Origin: Alphaproteobacteria bacterium
Lineage (GTDB): Bacteria; Pseudomonadota; Alphaproteobacteria; CALKHQ01
NCBI GenBank assembly: GCA_965227515.1
Contig: CBDDFZ010000001.1
Span: 1,280,001 to 1,344,000 of the forward strand
Direction of reading: 5' to 3'
Length of the DNA: 64,000 bases
The notes under the pieces are model-generated. The model had not been told where the DNA came from, did not search any database, and worked only from the letters and a program-made list of their open reading frames with translations. A program made the position numbers and the translations under genes. Of the stretch, positions 10,963 through 21,057 are shown piece after piece; the stretch's first letter is position 1, and each line of letters begins with the position of its first letter.

Positions 10963-11141
10963 CGTCATCCTCGGGCTTGTCCCGAGGATCCATTTTCGTC
11001 CAATACGCCAATAGGCTAGGCGATATTCGCTGCACGTCTTGGCAATCGTTTTGAAAGCTAAGTCGCATCACCAACGAGCGAATGTCGGCCATTGTAAGCC
11101 TTGCACATGAATGGGCCCTCGGCACAGGGCCGAGCGCGTCG
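10963..11141. repeat. REP-like palindrome pair (family 2)
   Basis: cgtcatcctcgggcttgtcccgaggatccat at 10963-10993 and a degenerate inverted partner atgggccctcggcacagggccgagcgcgtcg at 11111-11141, between convergent genes. Confidence 0.65.
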
Positions 11142-11162
11142 AATGGTATTGGGCATGGGGCG

Positions 11163-12395
11163 CTACCCCGCCGTCGCCAGGCGCGGCACCGGGGTGTCGC
11201 GGATCGGCCAGTTCAGCACCGCCGCCAGCACGCCGAGCCCGGCGGAGATGTACCAGATCAGGTCGAAGTTGCCGGTGGCGTCGAACACCACGCCGCCCAG
11301 CCAGGCGCCGAAGAACGCGCCGACCTGGTGGCTGAGGAACACCACCCCGAACAGCGTCGACATGTAGCGCGGGCCGAACACCTGGGCGACCAGCCCGCTG
11401 GTCAGCGGCACGGTGCTGAGCCAGAGCAGGCCCATGGCGCCAGAGAACACCAGCACGCTCACGCTTGTCGGCGGGACCAGCACGAACACGATGATGACGG
11501 CGGCGCGCGCCGCGTAGATGAAGCTGAGCAGGTAGGGCTTCTTGTAGCGGCTGCCGAGCGCGCCGGCGCCCAGCGTGCCGATCACGTTGAACAGGCCGAT
11601 GATCGCCAGCGACCAGGCGCCGACCTCCGGCGGCAGGTTGCAGCTCGCCACGAACCCCGGCATGTGGGTGGCGATGAAAGCGACGTGGAAGCCGCAGACG
11701 AAGAAGCCCAGGGTCAGCAGCCAATAGCCGCGGTGGCGGGCAGCCTCGGCCAGGGCGGCGCCCAGCGATTGCAACGGCTCGGCGGCGCTTGACGTACGGT
11801 CCATCTTGCCGGCCAGCGCCAGCGCGCAGGGCAGCGCGATCAGCATCAGCCCGGCATAGATCATCAGCGCGGTCGACCAGTCGGTGGACTCGATCAGCCA
11901 CTGGCCGGTGGGCGCCATGGCGAACTGGCCGAACGAGCCGGCGGCACTGCCGATGCCGAGCGCCATGGAGCGCTTCTCGGGCGCGTGCGCGCGGCCGATC
12001 GCGGCCAGCACCACCGCGAACGCGGTGCCGCTCAGCCCCAGCGACAGCACGAAGCCGGCGCCGAACTGGAACATCAGCGGTGTGCCCGGCATCGCCATGA
12101 TCAAGAGGCCGGCGATGTAGAAACCGGCGCCAACCATGATGGTGCGCGCCGCCCCATAGCGGTCGGCAATGGCACCGAAGAACGGCTGGGTCACGCCCCA
12201 CATCAGGTTCTGCAGCGCGAACGCCAGCGAGAAGGTGCCGACCGCCCAGCCCAGCTCCAGCCGCATCGGCTCGATGAACAGGCCGAAGCTCTGTCGGATG
12301 CCGAGGTTCAGGAACAGGATCATGCCGCCGCAGATCAGCACCAGCAGCGGCGTGACCGCGCGGCTGGGCACGGCGGATGTGGGGGGCGCGGTCAT
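11163..12395 (-). CDS. MFS transporter
   Basis: About 12 hydrophobic segments; GAIADRYG motif A; GFFVCGFHV. Confidence 0.9.
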   Translation of the reverse strand: MTAPPTSAVPSRAVTPLLVLICGGMILFLNLGIRQSFGLFIEPMRLELGWAVGTFSLAFALQNLMWGVTQPFFGAIADRYGAARTIMVGAGFYIAGLLIMAMPGTPLMFQFGAGFVLSLGLSGTAFAVVLAAIGRAHAPEKRSMALGIGSAAGSFGQFAMAPTGQWLIESTDWSTALMIYAGLMLIALPCALALAGKMDRTSSAAEPLQSLGAALAEAARHRGYWLLTLGFFVCGFHVAFIATHMPGFVASCNLPPEVGAWSLAIIGLFNVIGTLGAGALGSRYKKPYLLSFIYAARAAVIIVFVLVPPTSVSVLVFSGAMGLLWLSTVPLTSGLVAQVFGPRYMSTLFGVVFLSHQVGAFFGAWLGGVVFDATGNFDLIWYISAGLGVLAAVLNWPIRDTPVPRLATAG

Positions 12396-12496
12396 GATGG
12401 CGTTGACCTACACCCAAGGCGGCCGGATGGCGACCGTTTTGGCGGAATGGCTGCATTGCGCCGATGGCTGGGCCGGCGCCTGGGGCCCGGCGGCCG

Positions 12497-13474
12497 TCAT
12501 TCCGCTCTCAGTTCCTTCATCCGGAACATATGCGCGAAGAACGTGCTGTCGGTCATGACCCTCAGCAGCACGGCGATGGCGGCAGTTGCCGCGACGGCGA
12601 AGGCGAGCCGCCCGGCGACGATGGAGATGGCATCTGCGCCCAGCGCGATCATCAGCAGGGAGTCCTCGATGATGCTGTGGGTGAAGCCCATGAACACGCA
12701 CGCGAGGAAGATTTGGCGCGGCGAGACTGTGTTCGACCTGGCCTCCTTGATCAGCAGGCCGCCGCCATAGGCGATGCCCAGGAACAGGCCGATGGCGGTG
12801 AGGTGCTCGGCCTCACCACGGATGCCGGCCAGCCGCAGCAGGGGCGCCAGCAGCCACATCATCAGCCGCAGCAGGCCGGTGACCTTCAGCAGCTCCAGGC
12901 CCCAGGAGAGCACGATCAGCACGACCAGCATCCAGAACATCGCCTCCGCCAGGCCCAGGGCGAACGCCTCCCAGTCGGGTGCCGCGTCCATAGGCACCCA
13001 CGCCGGGTCGACCGGCGCCGACAGCCATCCGGTCGCGGAAAGCACCTGGTGCAGCGCGATGGCGAAGACCAGGCCGCCCAGCACGCGCAGCGCTGTCGTC
13101 ACGAGCATGCCGGGGCCGGCCTTCTGGATGATCTTCTGCTCGATGGGGAGCGCATGGGCGAACAGGATGAGGGCGGAAAAGACGGTGACGTCCGCCACGC
13201 TGAGCGCGGAGACCGGCACCAGCGTGAAGAGCAGCGGGATCGCGCCCCAAAGGCCGACAACCATGGCGGTCAGCCAGGCCAGGCCCAGCTCCGGCGGCAG
13301 CCCGACCAGGTCCATGACGGGCGACAGAACCGGCGCCACCGCCTCGAACACGCCCAGCCGCGACAGGATCTCGGCCACGACGGTGACCGGCACGATGATC
13401 CGCAGCAGCAGCCAGTAGATCGCAAGCGATTCCAGCGTGTTGCGGCGGAGGAAATCGAGAAGCGGCGTGAGCAT
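12497..13474 (-). CDS. Nucleoside-recognition (Gate domain) membrane protein
   Basis: Multi-TM; HALPIE and HSIIED motifs; divergent from an Lrp regulator. Confidence 0.75.
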   Translation of the reverse strand: MLTPLLDFLRRNTLESLAIYWLLLRIIVPVTVVAEILSRLGVFEAVAPVLSPVMDLVGLPPELGLAWLTAMVVGLWGAIPLLFTLVPVSALSVADVTVFSALILFAHALPIEQKIIQKAGPGMLVTTALRVLGGLVFAIALHQVLSATGWLSAPVDPAWVPMDAAPDWEAFALGLAEAMFWMLVVLIVLSWGLELLKVTGLLRLMMWLLAPLLRLAGIRGEAEHLTAIGLFLGIAYGGGLLIKEARSNTVSPRQIFLACVFMGFTHSIIEDSLLMIALGADAISIVAGRLAFAVAATAAIAVLLRVMTDSTFFAHMFRMKELRAE

Positions 13475-13598
13475 TGGCGGTCAGGGTCCCGAGGCGGTGT
13501 GCTCCCGTCTTATGACCGATGTCGCATGAAATTGGTGGTCAAAGATTGCGCGTGTTTGCAATATTATTGCAGAAGCAGGTGATGGCCGGGGCGCCGGG

Positions 13599-14051
13599 AT
13601 GGATCGGATCGACCGGAAGATTCTCAACCTCATGCAGCGCGATGCCGGGCGCACCAACCTGGCCCTGGCCGACGAGGTCGGCCTGTCGCCCTCCACCTGC
13701 CTGCGCCGGGTCCAGCGGCTGCGCAAGGCCGGCTTCATCGACCGCATCGTCGCGATCCTGAACCCGGCGAAGGCCGGGCGCGCGATCAAGGCGGTGGTGA
13801 CGGTGGAGCTGAAGTTGCACGGCGAGCAGCACATGCGCGAATTCCTCGATGCCGCGCGCGGCGAGGACGCGGTCTCCCACGCCTATGCCGTGACCGGCGC
13901 GTCGGATGTGGTGCTCATGCTGCGCCTGCGCGACATGGAGGAGTACGACGCCCTGTGCGACCGGCTGTTCCGCGACCAGACCAACGTCGCCCGCTTCTTC
14001 ACCATGGTCATCATCCGCACGGCGAAGGAAGAAACGGCGATCCGGCTGTGA
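13599..14051 (+). CDS. Lrp/AsnC family transcriptional regulator
   Basis: MDRIDRKIL..., LADEVGLSPSTCLRRVQRL HTH, VTGASD. Confidence 0.93.
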   Translation: MDRIDRKILNLMQRDAGRTNLALADEVGLSPSTCLRRVQRLRKAGFIDRIVAILNPAKAGRAIKAVVTVELKLHGEQHMREFLDAARGEDAVSHAYAVTGASDVVLMLRLRDMEEYDALCDRLFRDQTNVARFFTMVIIRTAKEETAIRL

Positions 14052-14069
14052 GCTAGGTCAGGTTGCGGG

Positions 14070-14315
14070 TCAATAAAGGCCAGGCTGGTGTAGTGCGACC
14101 ACGCAGATGGCCGCCACCACCCCCGCGACCGAGGCGCGAATGTAGGGCCGGCTGAGCTCCGGAAAGCTGAACAGCTTTGCCATTGGCAGGCGCCAACCGG
14201 TGATGCGGCCCTCGCCGACCAGCCGATGCCAGACCTGGACCGCTTGCAGCCCGAAAAAGCCGCCTATGGCGACCGCGACGCCCAGCACGATCCAGAGGAT
14301 GAGTTCGATCTCCAT
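14070..14315 (-). CDS. Small two-TM hypothetical membrane protein
   Basis: GGGAGGG RBS upstream; two hydrophobic helices. Confidence 0.6.
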   Translation of the reverse strand: MEIELILWIVLGVAVAIGGFFGLQAVQVWHRLVGEGRITGWRLPMAKLFSFPELSRPYIRASVAGVVAAICVVALHQPGLY

Positions 14316-14549
14316 GAGACCCTCCCGGTGTTATTCCCCGGGGCATTGGCGTGTGTGACGCGCCATCGGCCCCGGGCTTGGGTTGTTGTTGCCCAGGCGG
14401 TCGCACGGCGACGCGAAAAGGTTCATTTGGGGGAGTGGGTGCGGAGTCTATGAGCGGTCCGTCACATAACGTCCTTATGTGTGTTGTTGACTGGTTTTGT
14501 TGGAGTTGGCTAAGCCTCACCAGCCAGATGCAGTTTTATCGGTCAGTGC

Positions 14550-14774
14550 CTATCCACAAGGTCGCTGGCCAGTCTGCATTGGTGGGCATGGAACAGTTGC
14601 ATAGGAGCAATACACACAGCAATCACCTGGCAGCGGTTTTAAAACGACCTTGCAGCCCTTGCAATCATAAAACCACTGACATGCGTCAGTTGGCATAATT
14701 TCGGTCTCTACATGGCCGCAATTGGGGCACGTAATCGTTGACTCAGGTATTAATGGGTTCTCTTTTTGCGCCAT
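14550..14774 (-). CDS. GDCCVxC domain protein (mer-associated)
   Basis: STITCPNCG...MPTDACQWFYDCKGC...LKPLPGDCCVYCSYATVPCPP. Confidence 0.9.
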   Translation of the reverse strand: MAQKENPLIPESTITCPNCGHVETEIMPTDACQWFYDCKGCKVVLKPLPGDCCVYCSYATVPCPPMQTGQRPCG

Positions 14775-14953
14775 AGTGCAACTCCGATGATTGCAAGTGA
14801 TATTGCAAGTATAGATAACAAGACATCATCTCGGTATACATAGCCAGTGACGCCTGATAATCCGATCGCACCAAGAAGCCACGGCAACAGCGGCGTGAAG
14901 CAGCACAACGCAGCGACAATCGTTCCTATGATCCCGGTACTAAGCAGTTTCAG
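14750..14953 (-). CDS. merF: Mercury transport protein MerF (not in ORF track; CTG start)
   Basis: Manual translation gives (L)KLLSTGIIGTIVAALCCFTPLLPWLLGAIGLSGVTGYVYRDDVLLSILAISLAIIGVALWRKKRTH; GGAG RBS upstream. Confidence 0.8.
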   Translation of the reverse strand: MKLLSTGIIGTIVAALCCFTPLLPWLLGAIGLSGVTGYVYRDDVLLSILAISLAIIGVALWRKKRTH

Positions 14954-15201
14954 TTGTTTTCTCCGGCGGCTTGGTTAATTGGACGCTGAGACCTCCGTCT
15001 CCGCATTACTCCGAAGCCAATCGGAAACGCCAGCACGACTATTCCAGCGGTGGCAATGGGACCGAGATCGCCAAGCCAACCGAACAGTCCCGCCAAGATT
15101 GAGCCAACAACGGCTCGACCGAGACAGCACACAGCCAACAATGGTGTTACGGCCGCAAATGTCACCAACATCGCGATCGGCTTGTCGCTCATTGCGCTCA
15201 C
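14950..15201 (-). CDS. Small Cys-Cys membrane protein in the mer operon
   Basis: Hydrophobic with VCCLG motif and basic tail; tightly packed between the HMA gene and merF. Confidence 0.65.
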   Translation of the reverse strand: MSAMSDKPIAMLVTFAAVTPLLAVCCLGRAVVGSILAGLFGWLGDLGPIATAGIVVLAFPIGFGVMRRRRSQRPINQAAGENN

Positions 15202-15203
15202 GT

Positions 15204-15512
15204 CTATTCCATGAGTGTTGTTGGGTAGCCGATGTCGATGGCGGTCTGGATGATGTCATCCACTCTGACCACGCTGTCTTCGAAGATGACCTGCGTCGTG
15301 CCGACATCATTGCGATCAATATCCAATATTACGACCTCGCTGACACCAGGGAGATCAGCGAGCGTTTCTCGCAGGATGTAGCTGCATGACACGCACCACA
15401 GACCGCCGATGGCGAGTGTTGCGGACTGCTCGTCTGCTCGCGCTTCGGGCACACTGTTCGAAACGAAGGTGGCAGCAGCGAGAGCCGCCAACGACGCAAA
15501 TCTTGCGCTCAT
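15204..15512 (-). CDS. Periplasmic heavy-metal-associated (MerP-like) protein
   Basis: Signal peptide; IGGLWCVSC HMA motif; C-terminal IGY; GGAG RBS. Confidence 0.8.
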   Translation of the reverse strand: MSARFASLAALAAATFVSNSVPEARADEQSATLAIGGLWCVSCSYILRETLADLPGVSEVVILDIDRNDVGTTQVIFEDSVVRVDDIIQTAIDIGYPTTLME

Positions 15513-15529
15513 GTTGCAATCTCCATTGA

Positions 15530-15934
15530 TTACGCCGGAATACCAAGAAGCCCCGGAGCGACGTAGGGAAACGCACCAGCAGCGATGACAACGACGGTGG
15601 CCACCCAAAGCGTCGTCTTCACCATGCGATTTGGCAATGGTCGGCTACATGCTGCTTCCGGTGTACATGCTTTGGGGCGTCGGTAGACGAGATAGAATCC
15701 ATATCCCAATGCCGCGATGGTAAAGGCGATGAAATAGGGCTGGTACGGTGTGAGTGCGGACAGATTTCCCAACCACGCGCCGCCCATGCCAAAGCTGAAC
15801 AGGATAAGCGGGACGATGCAGCACGACGATGCAGCAATCGCGCCTAAGATGCCTCCCGCCGCGATCAACCCGGGCCTGCGCAAATTGCGATTTGCCGCCT
15901 GATCATTGGCGCGTTTGTTTACATCCATAGTCAT
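15530..15934 (-). CDS. merT: Mercuric transport protein MerT
   Basis: AASSCCIVPL, GAWLGNLSALTPYQPYF, loop ACTPEAAC, FPY. Confidence 0.92.
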   Translation of the reverse strand: MTMDVNKRANDQAANRNLRRPGLIAAGGILGAIAASSCCIVPLILFSFGMGGAWLGNLSALTPYQPYFIAFTIAALGYGFYLVYRRPKACTPEAACSRPLPNRMVKTTLWVATVVVIAAGAFPYVAPGLLGIPA

Positions 15935-15943
15935 GGCGTGTTA

Positions 15944-15974
15944 TCTCTAGACTCTGTAGCAACTACAAGGTCAA
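15944..15974 (-). promoter_or_regulatory. MerR-type promoter/operator for the merT operon
   Basis: Minus strand TTGACC, then a 19-bp spacer containing the dyad TGTAG-ttg-CTACA, then TAGAGA. Confidence 0.8.
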
Positions 15975-15986
15975 GGACAAATTTTT

Positions 15987-16403
15987 GTGACGACAATCGC
16001 TGGTGGCGCACTAATTACGCGCGGTCAGTTGGCCAAGCGAGAAGGCTGTCACCTTGAGACAATTCGGTACTATGAGCAGATCGGGCTTCTGAATACGCCG
16101 TCACGCTCGGATCGCGGCTATCGTCTCTATTCCACGGAGGATCAACGTCGCCTGCGCTTTATCAAGCGTGCCCGCGAGCTAGGCTTCAGTATAGATGAAC
16201 TAAGAAGCATGCTTTCTCTCGTGGATTCACACACATACACATGTGCTGATATCCGTACGCTGACCTTGGATCATCTCAACAGCATTCGTCAAAAGATTGG
16301 CGACCTGAAGCGACTGGAGCGAACACTTGCTCGCATCTCCAGCGAATGCAGTGGAGCTGCAGTTCCAGATTGCCCCGTTTTGGATGCTTTGTGGAATGAC
16401 TAG
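15987..16403 (+). CDS. merR: MerR family metal-responsive regulator
   Basis: ETIRYYEQIGLL HTH, RLRFIKRARELGFS; three Cys (TC, ECSG, DCP); divergent from merT. Confidence 0.85.
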   Translation: MTTIAGGALITRGQLAKREGCHLETIRYYEQIGLLNTPSRSDRGYRLYSTEDQRRLRFIKRARELGFSIDELRSMLSLVDSHTYTCADIRTLTLDHLNSIRQKIGDLKRLERTLARISSECSGAAVPDCPVLDALWND

Positions 16404-16417
16404 GCCGCGAAACAACA

Positions 16418-16747
16418 TCAGGCAGGCGTACGTGGCGCAGCGATGATGATAGCGGCTCCGATGAGACAGACGGCAGAGCCGATTAAGTCCCAACGGTCCG
16501 GTTTGACACCTTCGATCAACCGCAGCCAAGCGAGTGAGCTTGCGATATAAACCCCTCCGTAGGCGGCATATGCGCGCCCAGCGGCGGCGCTGTCGACCAA
16601 CGTGAGCAGGTACGCGAACAAGGCCAGTGATGCCATTCCCGGAAGAACCCACCAAATAGGCTTATCGAGACGAAGCCACGCCCAGAATGCGAAACATCCG
16701 GCGATTTCGGCGATGGCAGCGCCGATGTAGGTGGCGACAGTCGGCAT
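16418..16747 (-). CDS. ynfA: YnfA/UPF0060 family small membrane protein
   Basis: [33 protein letters not shown]. Confidence 0.9.
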   Translation of the reverse strand: MPTVATYIGAAIAEIAGCFAFWAWLRLDKPIWWVLPGMASLALFAYLLTLVDSAAAGRAYAAYGGVYIASSLAWLRLIEGVKPDRWDLIGSAVCLIGAAIIIAAPRTPA

Positions 16748-17165
16748 GTTGATCATCCCCATATTCAGCGATTGACGCCCGAATCAATATTCGTCTCAAG
16801 GGTTCCGTTGAGGAGAGCCTGAATTGAGTCGCGGCGCCTGGAACTCGATCCTTAGTCGCTTACGACAATAGTGCGCACGTGGCGCCAGGGAGAGCGTCCC
16901 CATCGCGCTCGTCGGGACCATGGCGAATTGCAGATATTTCAGCATCGAACCCACTACGGTTCGCGGCCATGTCTCGGCGGCTAATGGGAAAGGGGGTTCA
17001 TCAACATGGCCGTGGCCGACAGCAGGGCAGGTTCACGACGCAGACCCATTTTTGAGTTAAGAATCAGCAAGTTGGGTCAGACGGAACCCCGCCAAATTTT
17101 CCACTGTTTCAATATTGCGATCTCGGTACGCGTGAGTGATCGCGCGGGGGAAGGTTCCGCCGCCC

Positions 17166-17711
17166 CTAAAACACGTCCTCGACCACGTCGGAGCTCCATT
17201 CCAGCGCCTCGTCGATAGCGTCGGCGGCGGCGTCGATGCCGTCACCGGCGACATCGGCGCTCCAGTCCCAGGCCTGCCCGCCGGCTTCCAGGCTGGCGTC
17301 CCAGGCCTGGTTGCCCACCTGGGCCGACCAGTCGACGGCGTCGGCACCGGCGGCGGCCATCCAGCCGACACCGTCTATGCCGTTCTCCACCGTCCAGATC
17401 CAGGCGTCCCGCCCGGCCAACTGCATGTCGGCCCACAGGGTGGCATAGGTCTCGCTGTCCACCGCCTGGTCGTAGACATCGCCAGCGCCTGCCCATGCCT
17501 CGGCCCCGGCGCGCTGCGCGGCGGCCCAGGCGAGCGCGCCCAGGTTGGCCGCATCCTCGCCAATGCGGTCGAGCGCGGCATCGGTCTCCGCCTCGATCTG
17601 GTTCCAGCTCGGATCCTCGGTATTCTCGATGCTCTGCGGGCTGTCCGCCCCGGCCGCCCCGACAATCGCCAGGATCGGCAGCAGCATCAGGGCGTGGCGC
17701 AGTGTCTGCAT
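17166..17711 (-). CDS. Secreted acidic Ala/Trp/Asp-rich hypothetical protein
   Basis: AAGGAGG RBS; signal peptide; recurrent Trp in an amphipathic helical pattern. Confidence 0.65.
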   Translation of the reverse strand: MQTLRHALMLLPILAIVGAAGADSPQSIENTEDPSWNQIEAETDAALDRIGEDAANLGALAWAAAQRAGAEAWAGAGDVYDQAVDSETYATLWADMQLAGRDAWIWTVENGIDGVGWMAAAGADAVDWSAQVGNQAWDASLEAGGQAWDWSADVAGDGIDAAADAIDEALEWSSDVVEDVF

Positions 17712-17752
17712 TACACAACCCTCCTTAATCGTTTGAACGCTTTGGCGTTATT

Positions 17753-17851
17753 CGGCACCAGCCCTCACCCCCACCCGGCCACCCAGCAATGATACTGTCG
17801 ATGGGTGGCCGGGTGGGGGAGAGGGCTGGCGCAGACTTCAGCGCAAGCTGA
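17753..17851. repeat. Dispersed hairpin repeat family 1, copy A
   Basis: ggcaccagccctcacccccacccggccaccca..gatactgtcg..tgggtggccgggtgggggagagggctggcgcagacttcagcgcaagctga. Confidence 0.9.
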
Positions 17852-18011
17852 ATCCAAACAACCCTTTCTTACAAAGGTAACACGATATGGTCACCTGTTA
17901 CGGCGCGCGCAAGGCTGACAGCGTGCCAACCGGAACGCATTCAGACTTAGCCATTGCATCACCAACACGGTGACATTATGGCATAGGGGCGCAAGTTTCG
18001 TTTCCTGGTAG

Positions 18012-19151
<1,140 letters not shown>

Positions 19152-19283
19152 TCGTCTGCCGTACTCCACGGGGCCTTAATCCACAGGTCACATCTGTCTG
19201 TGAGACTGACGTAGCGAGATTTCCGCACCGGCGCCTTGCGGCTGCCATGTTCGCGGTCAGACTGGGCTGGCCTTTGGCGAAGT

Positions 19284-19372
19284 CGGCACCGGCCCTCTCC
19301 CCCACCCGGCCGCCCAACGACAGTATGCTTGCTGGGTGGCCGGGTGGGGAAAGGGCTGGCGCAGATTTCAGC
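19284..19372. repeat. Dispersed hairpin repeat family 1, copy B
   Basis: cggcaccggccctctcccccacccggccgcccaacgacagtat...tgggtggccgggtggggaaagggctggcgcagatttcagc. Confidence 0.9.
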
Positions 19373-19463
19373 TTCAGGAAAAGCCAGCGGCGCGGCGGCG
19401 TAACGGCGCGGCGTTGCGGGGGCGGCGATGGCCGGTAAGGGAATACCGAGACGGGGACAGCCT

Positions 19464-20225
19464 ATGCTGCGACTGTTTGCGATGATCATGGTGCTGGCGC
19501 TGCCGGCGCCCGCACTGGCCGACCGGCCGCCGCTGCCGAACGAGCTGGTTGCGTTCATCGATTCCGTGCTGCTGCACGACGATCTCTCGATCTTCGGGTC
19601 CACCGGCACGGTGGAGCACCAGGTCTCGCGCTGGGACAAGCCGATCAACGTCTATGTCAGCGCCGACATCCCGGCGCACACGCGCGACCGGGTGTGGTGG
19701 CACCTGGACCGGGTGCGCGCCCTGACCGGACTGGAGATCAACCCGGTTGAGCGCGAGGCGGCCGCCAACATGCGCATCATTTTCATTGAGGGCGAGGCGA
19801 TCCGCCAGTTGGCGGGCAACACGGATACGCTGTGCCTGACCGAATACACCCCGGCGGTGGGCGCCATCGACCAGGCCGACGTCTACATTCCCCTGGAGGA
19901 GGCGGGCTGGATGGACAACTGCCTGGCGCACGAGCTGCTGCACGCGCTGGGCTTCTATGCCCACCCGAAGGACAACGACAACCGAAGCGTTCTGGAACAG
20001 GGCGCGCCGATGCAACTGCGCACCTTCACCATGCTGGACGCAGCCGCCCTGCGGGTGCTTTACGACCCGCGGCTGAAGAGCGGCCTGGCGCGCGAGCGGG
20101 CGCTGCCGCTGGTGCGCACCATCGTCGACGAACTGATGGCCGAATGGCCGGAGACCCATCCGGTGATACGCCCCGGGCAATACCTTGCCCGGGACGTCTT
20201 CGATCCGCCGAAGCTGGATGATTGA
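19464..20225 (+). CDS. Secreted DUF2927-like zincin (HExxH) protein
   Basis: Signal peptide; SRWDKPI, CLAHELLHALG, SVL, LRVLYDPRLKSG. Confidence 0.75.
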   Translation: MLRLFAMIMVLALPAPALADRPPLPNELVAFIDSVLLHDDLSIFGSTGTVEHQVSRWDKPINVYVSADIPAHTRDRVWWHLDRVRALTGLEINPVEREAAANMRIIFIEGEAIRQLAGNTDTLCLTEYTPAVGAIDQADVYIPLEEAGWMDNCLAHELLHALGFYAHPKDNDNRSVLEQGAPMQLRTFTMLDAAALRVLYDPRLKSGLARERALPLVRTIVDELMAEWPETHPVIRPGQYLARDVFDPPKLDD

Positions 20226-20270
20226 TCGGGGAGTCGGCCCTTGGGGAGGTCGGGTATAGGGCCGGGTCGA

Positions 20271-20906
20271 TCAGGCGGGTGCTTCTCCGGCGGACCTGTC
20301 GGGTTCGCGGCTGGTGGCGACCGTGAAGCCTTCCCACAGCTCGTCGCTGACCCGGTCGTCGGTCATGCAGCCATGGTGCTCGGGCGCCAGAATGACGTGG
20401 TCTTCGCTGCCTGCGGCCTGCGGCAGCCGGTAGGGCGGAATGTGATAGGACTCGGGCTCTTCCACCAGCACGTAGCGGTCCTCGTCGGCGTCGAAGGCCC
20501 AGACGAAGGTGCCGGCATCGGTCTTGCCGCATAGCCGATGGTGGCCGTTCACCAGTTCGGAGCGGTCCACCCACAGCCTGTCGCCCCAGATGTAGCCCAC
20601 CCAGCGCCGGCATCCGTCCGCGTGGTCGATGATGTCGGCCGAGTAGCGGAAGCTGGGATTGTAGGGATCGTTCACCAGCAGGATGGCGGTGGACCGCAAC
20701 ACCCGCTTCGGGCTGTCGGCCTGCGCCGTGCTGCTGTCCTTGTGAATGAACGTGCTGGCGGCCGCATCCTTGAAGAACGACATGCGATACGCCCACACCG
20801 GCGCCACGTCCATCAGCGACGGCCACGAGACCTGGCTTTCGGAGTTGGCGCCCGCGCCATCAAACAAAGTGGAATGCTGTGTTGAGTCGAGAAACAGGTT
20901 GCTCAT
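20271..20906 (-). CDS. Hypothetical protein
   Basis: GGGGGA RBS before ATG at 20906; host-like codon usage; no family recognised. Confidence 0.6.
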   Translation of the reverse strand: MSNLFLDSTQHSTLFDGAGANSESQVSWPSLMDVAPVWAYRMSFFKDAAASTFIHKDSSTAQADSPKRVLRSTAILLVNDPYNPSFRYSADIIDHADGCRRWVGYIWGDRLWVDRSELVNGHHRLCGKTDAGTFVWAFDADEDRYVLVEEPESYHIPPYRLPQAAGSEDHVILAPEHHGCMTDDRVSDELWEGFTVATSREPDRSAGEAPA

Positions 20907-20941
20907 TGCGTCCCCCAGTGTTTGTAACGGCGGCGTTAACG

Positions 20942-20957
20942 TTAACCGCCTGTTAAC
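20942..20957. promoter_or_regulatory. CtrA-type box TTAA-N7-TTAAC
   Basis: ttaa-ccgcctg-ttaac, matching on both strands, with an extra gttaac at 20935-20940; about 35 bp upstream of the 20906 start. Confidence 0.7.
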
Positions 20958-21015
20958 CAGGGACATGATGTGGACGGAAATTCACACTCGGCTGTGACAA
21001 TTGCCGTCCGCCGGA

Positions 21016-21031
21016 TGTGATAAAACTCACA
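21016..21031. promoter_or_regulatory. CRP-type site TGTGA-N6-TCACA
   Basis: Perfect tgtga-taaaac-tcaca just downstream of a Crp-family gene. Confidence 0.7.
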
Positions 21032-21057
21032 CGTGGAGATAGCGGGCCGGGCGTGCC

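Larger units (their letters stand above)
14400..17130. mobile_element. Lower-GC heavy-metal islet (approximate limits)
   Basis: Visible shift to AT-richer sequence and A/T-ending codons over the mer-type genes and ynfA; no integrase or terminal repeats found. Confidence 0.55.

Noticed and set aside
14550-14774. Selenoprotein form of the GDCCVxC protein
   Set aside because: All positions are Cys codons and the stop is TAG, not an in-frame TGA
19188-19203. TCACA-N6-TGTGA palindrome (also at 20982-20997) as a CRP site
   Set aside because: Half-sites are in reversed order relative to the CRP consensus; cannot be assigned
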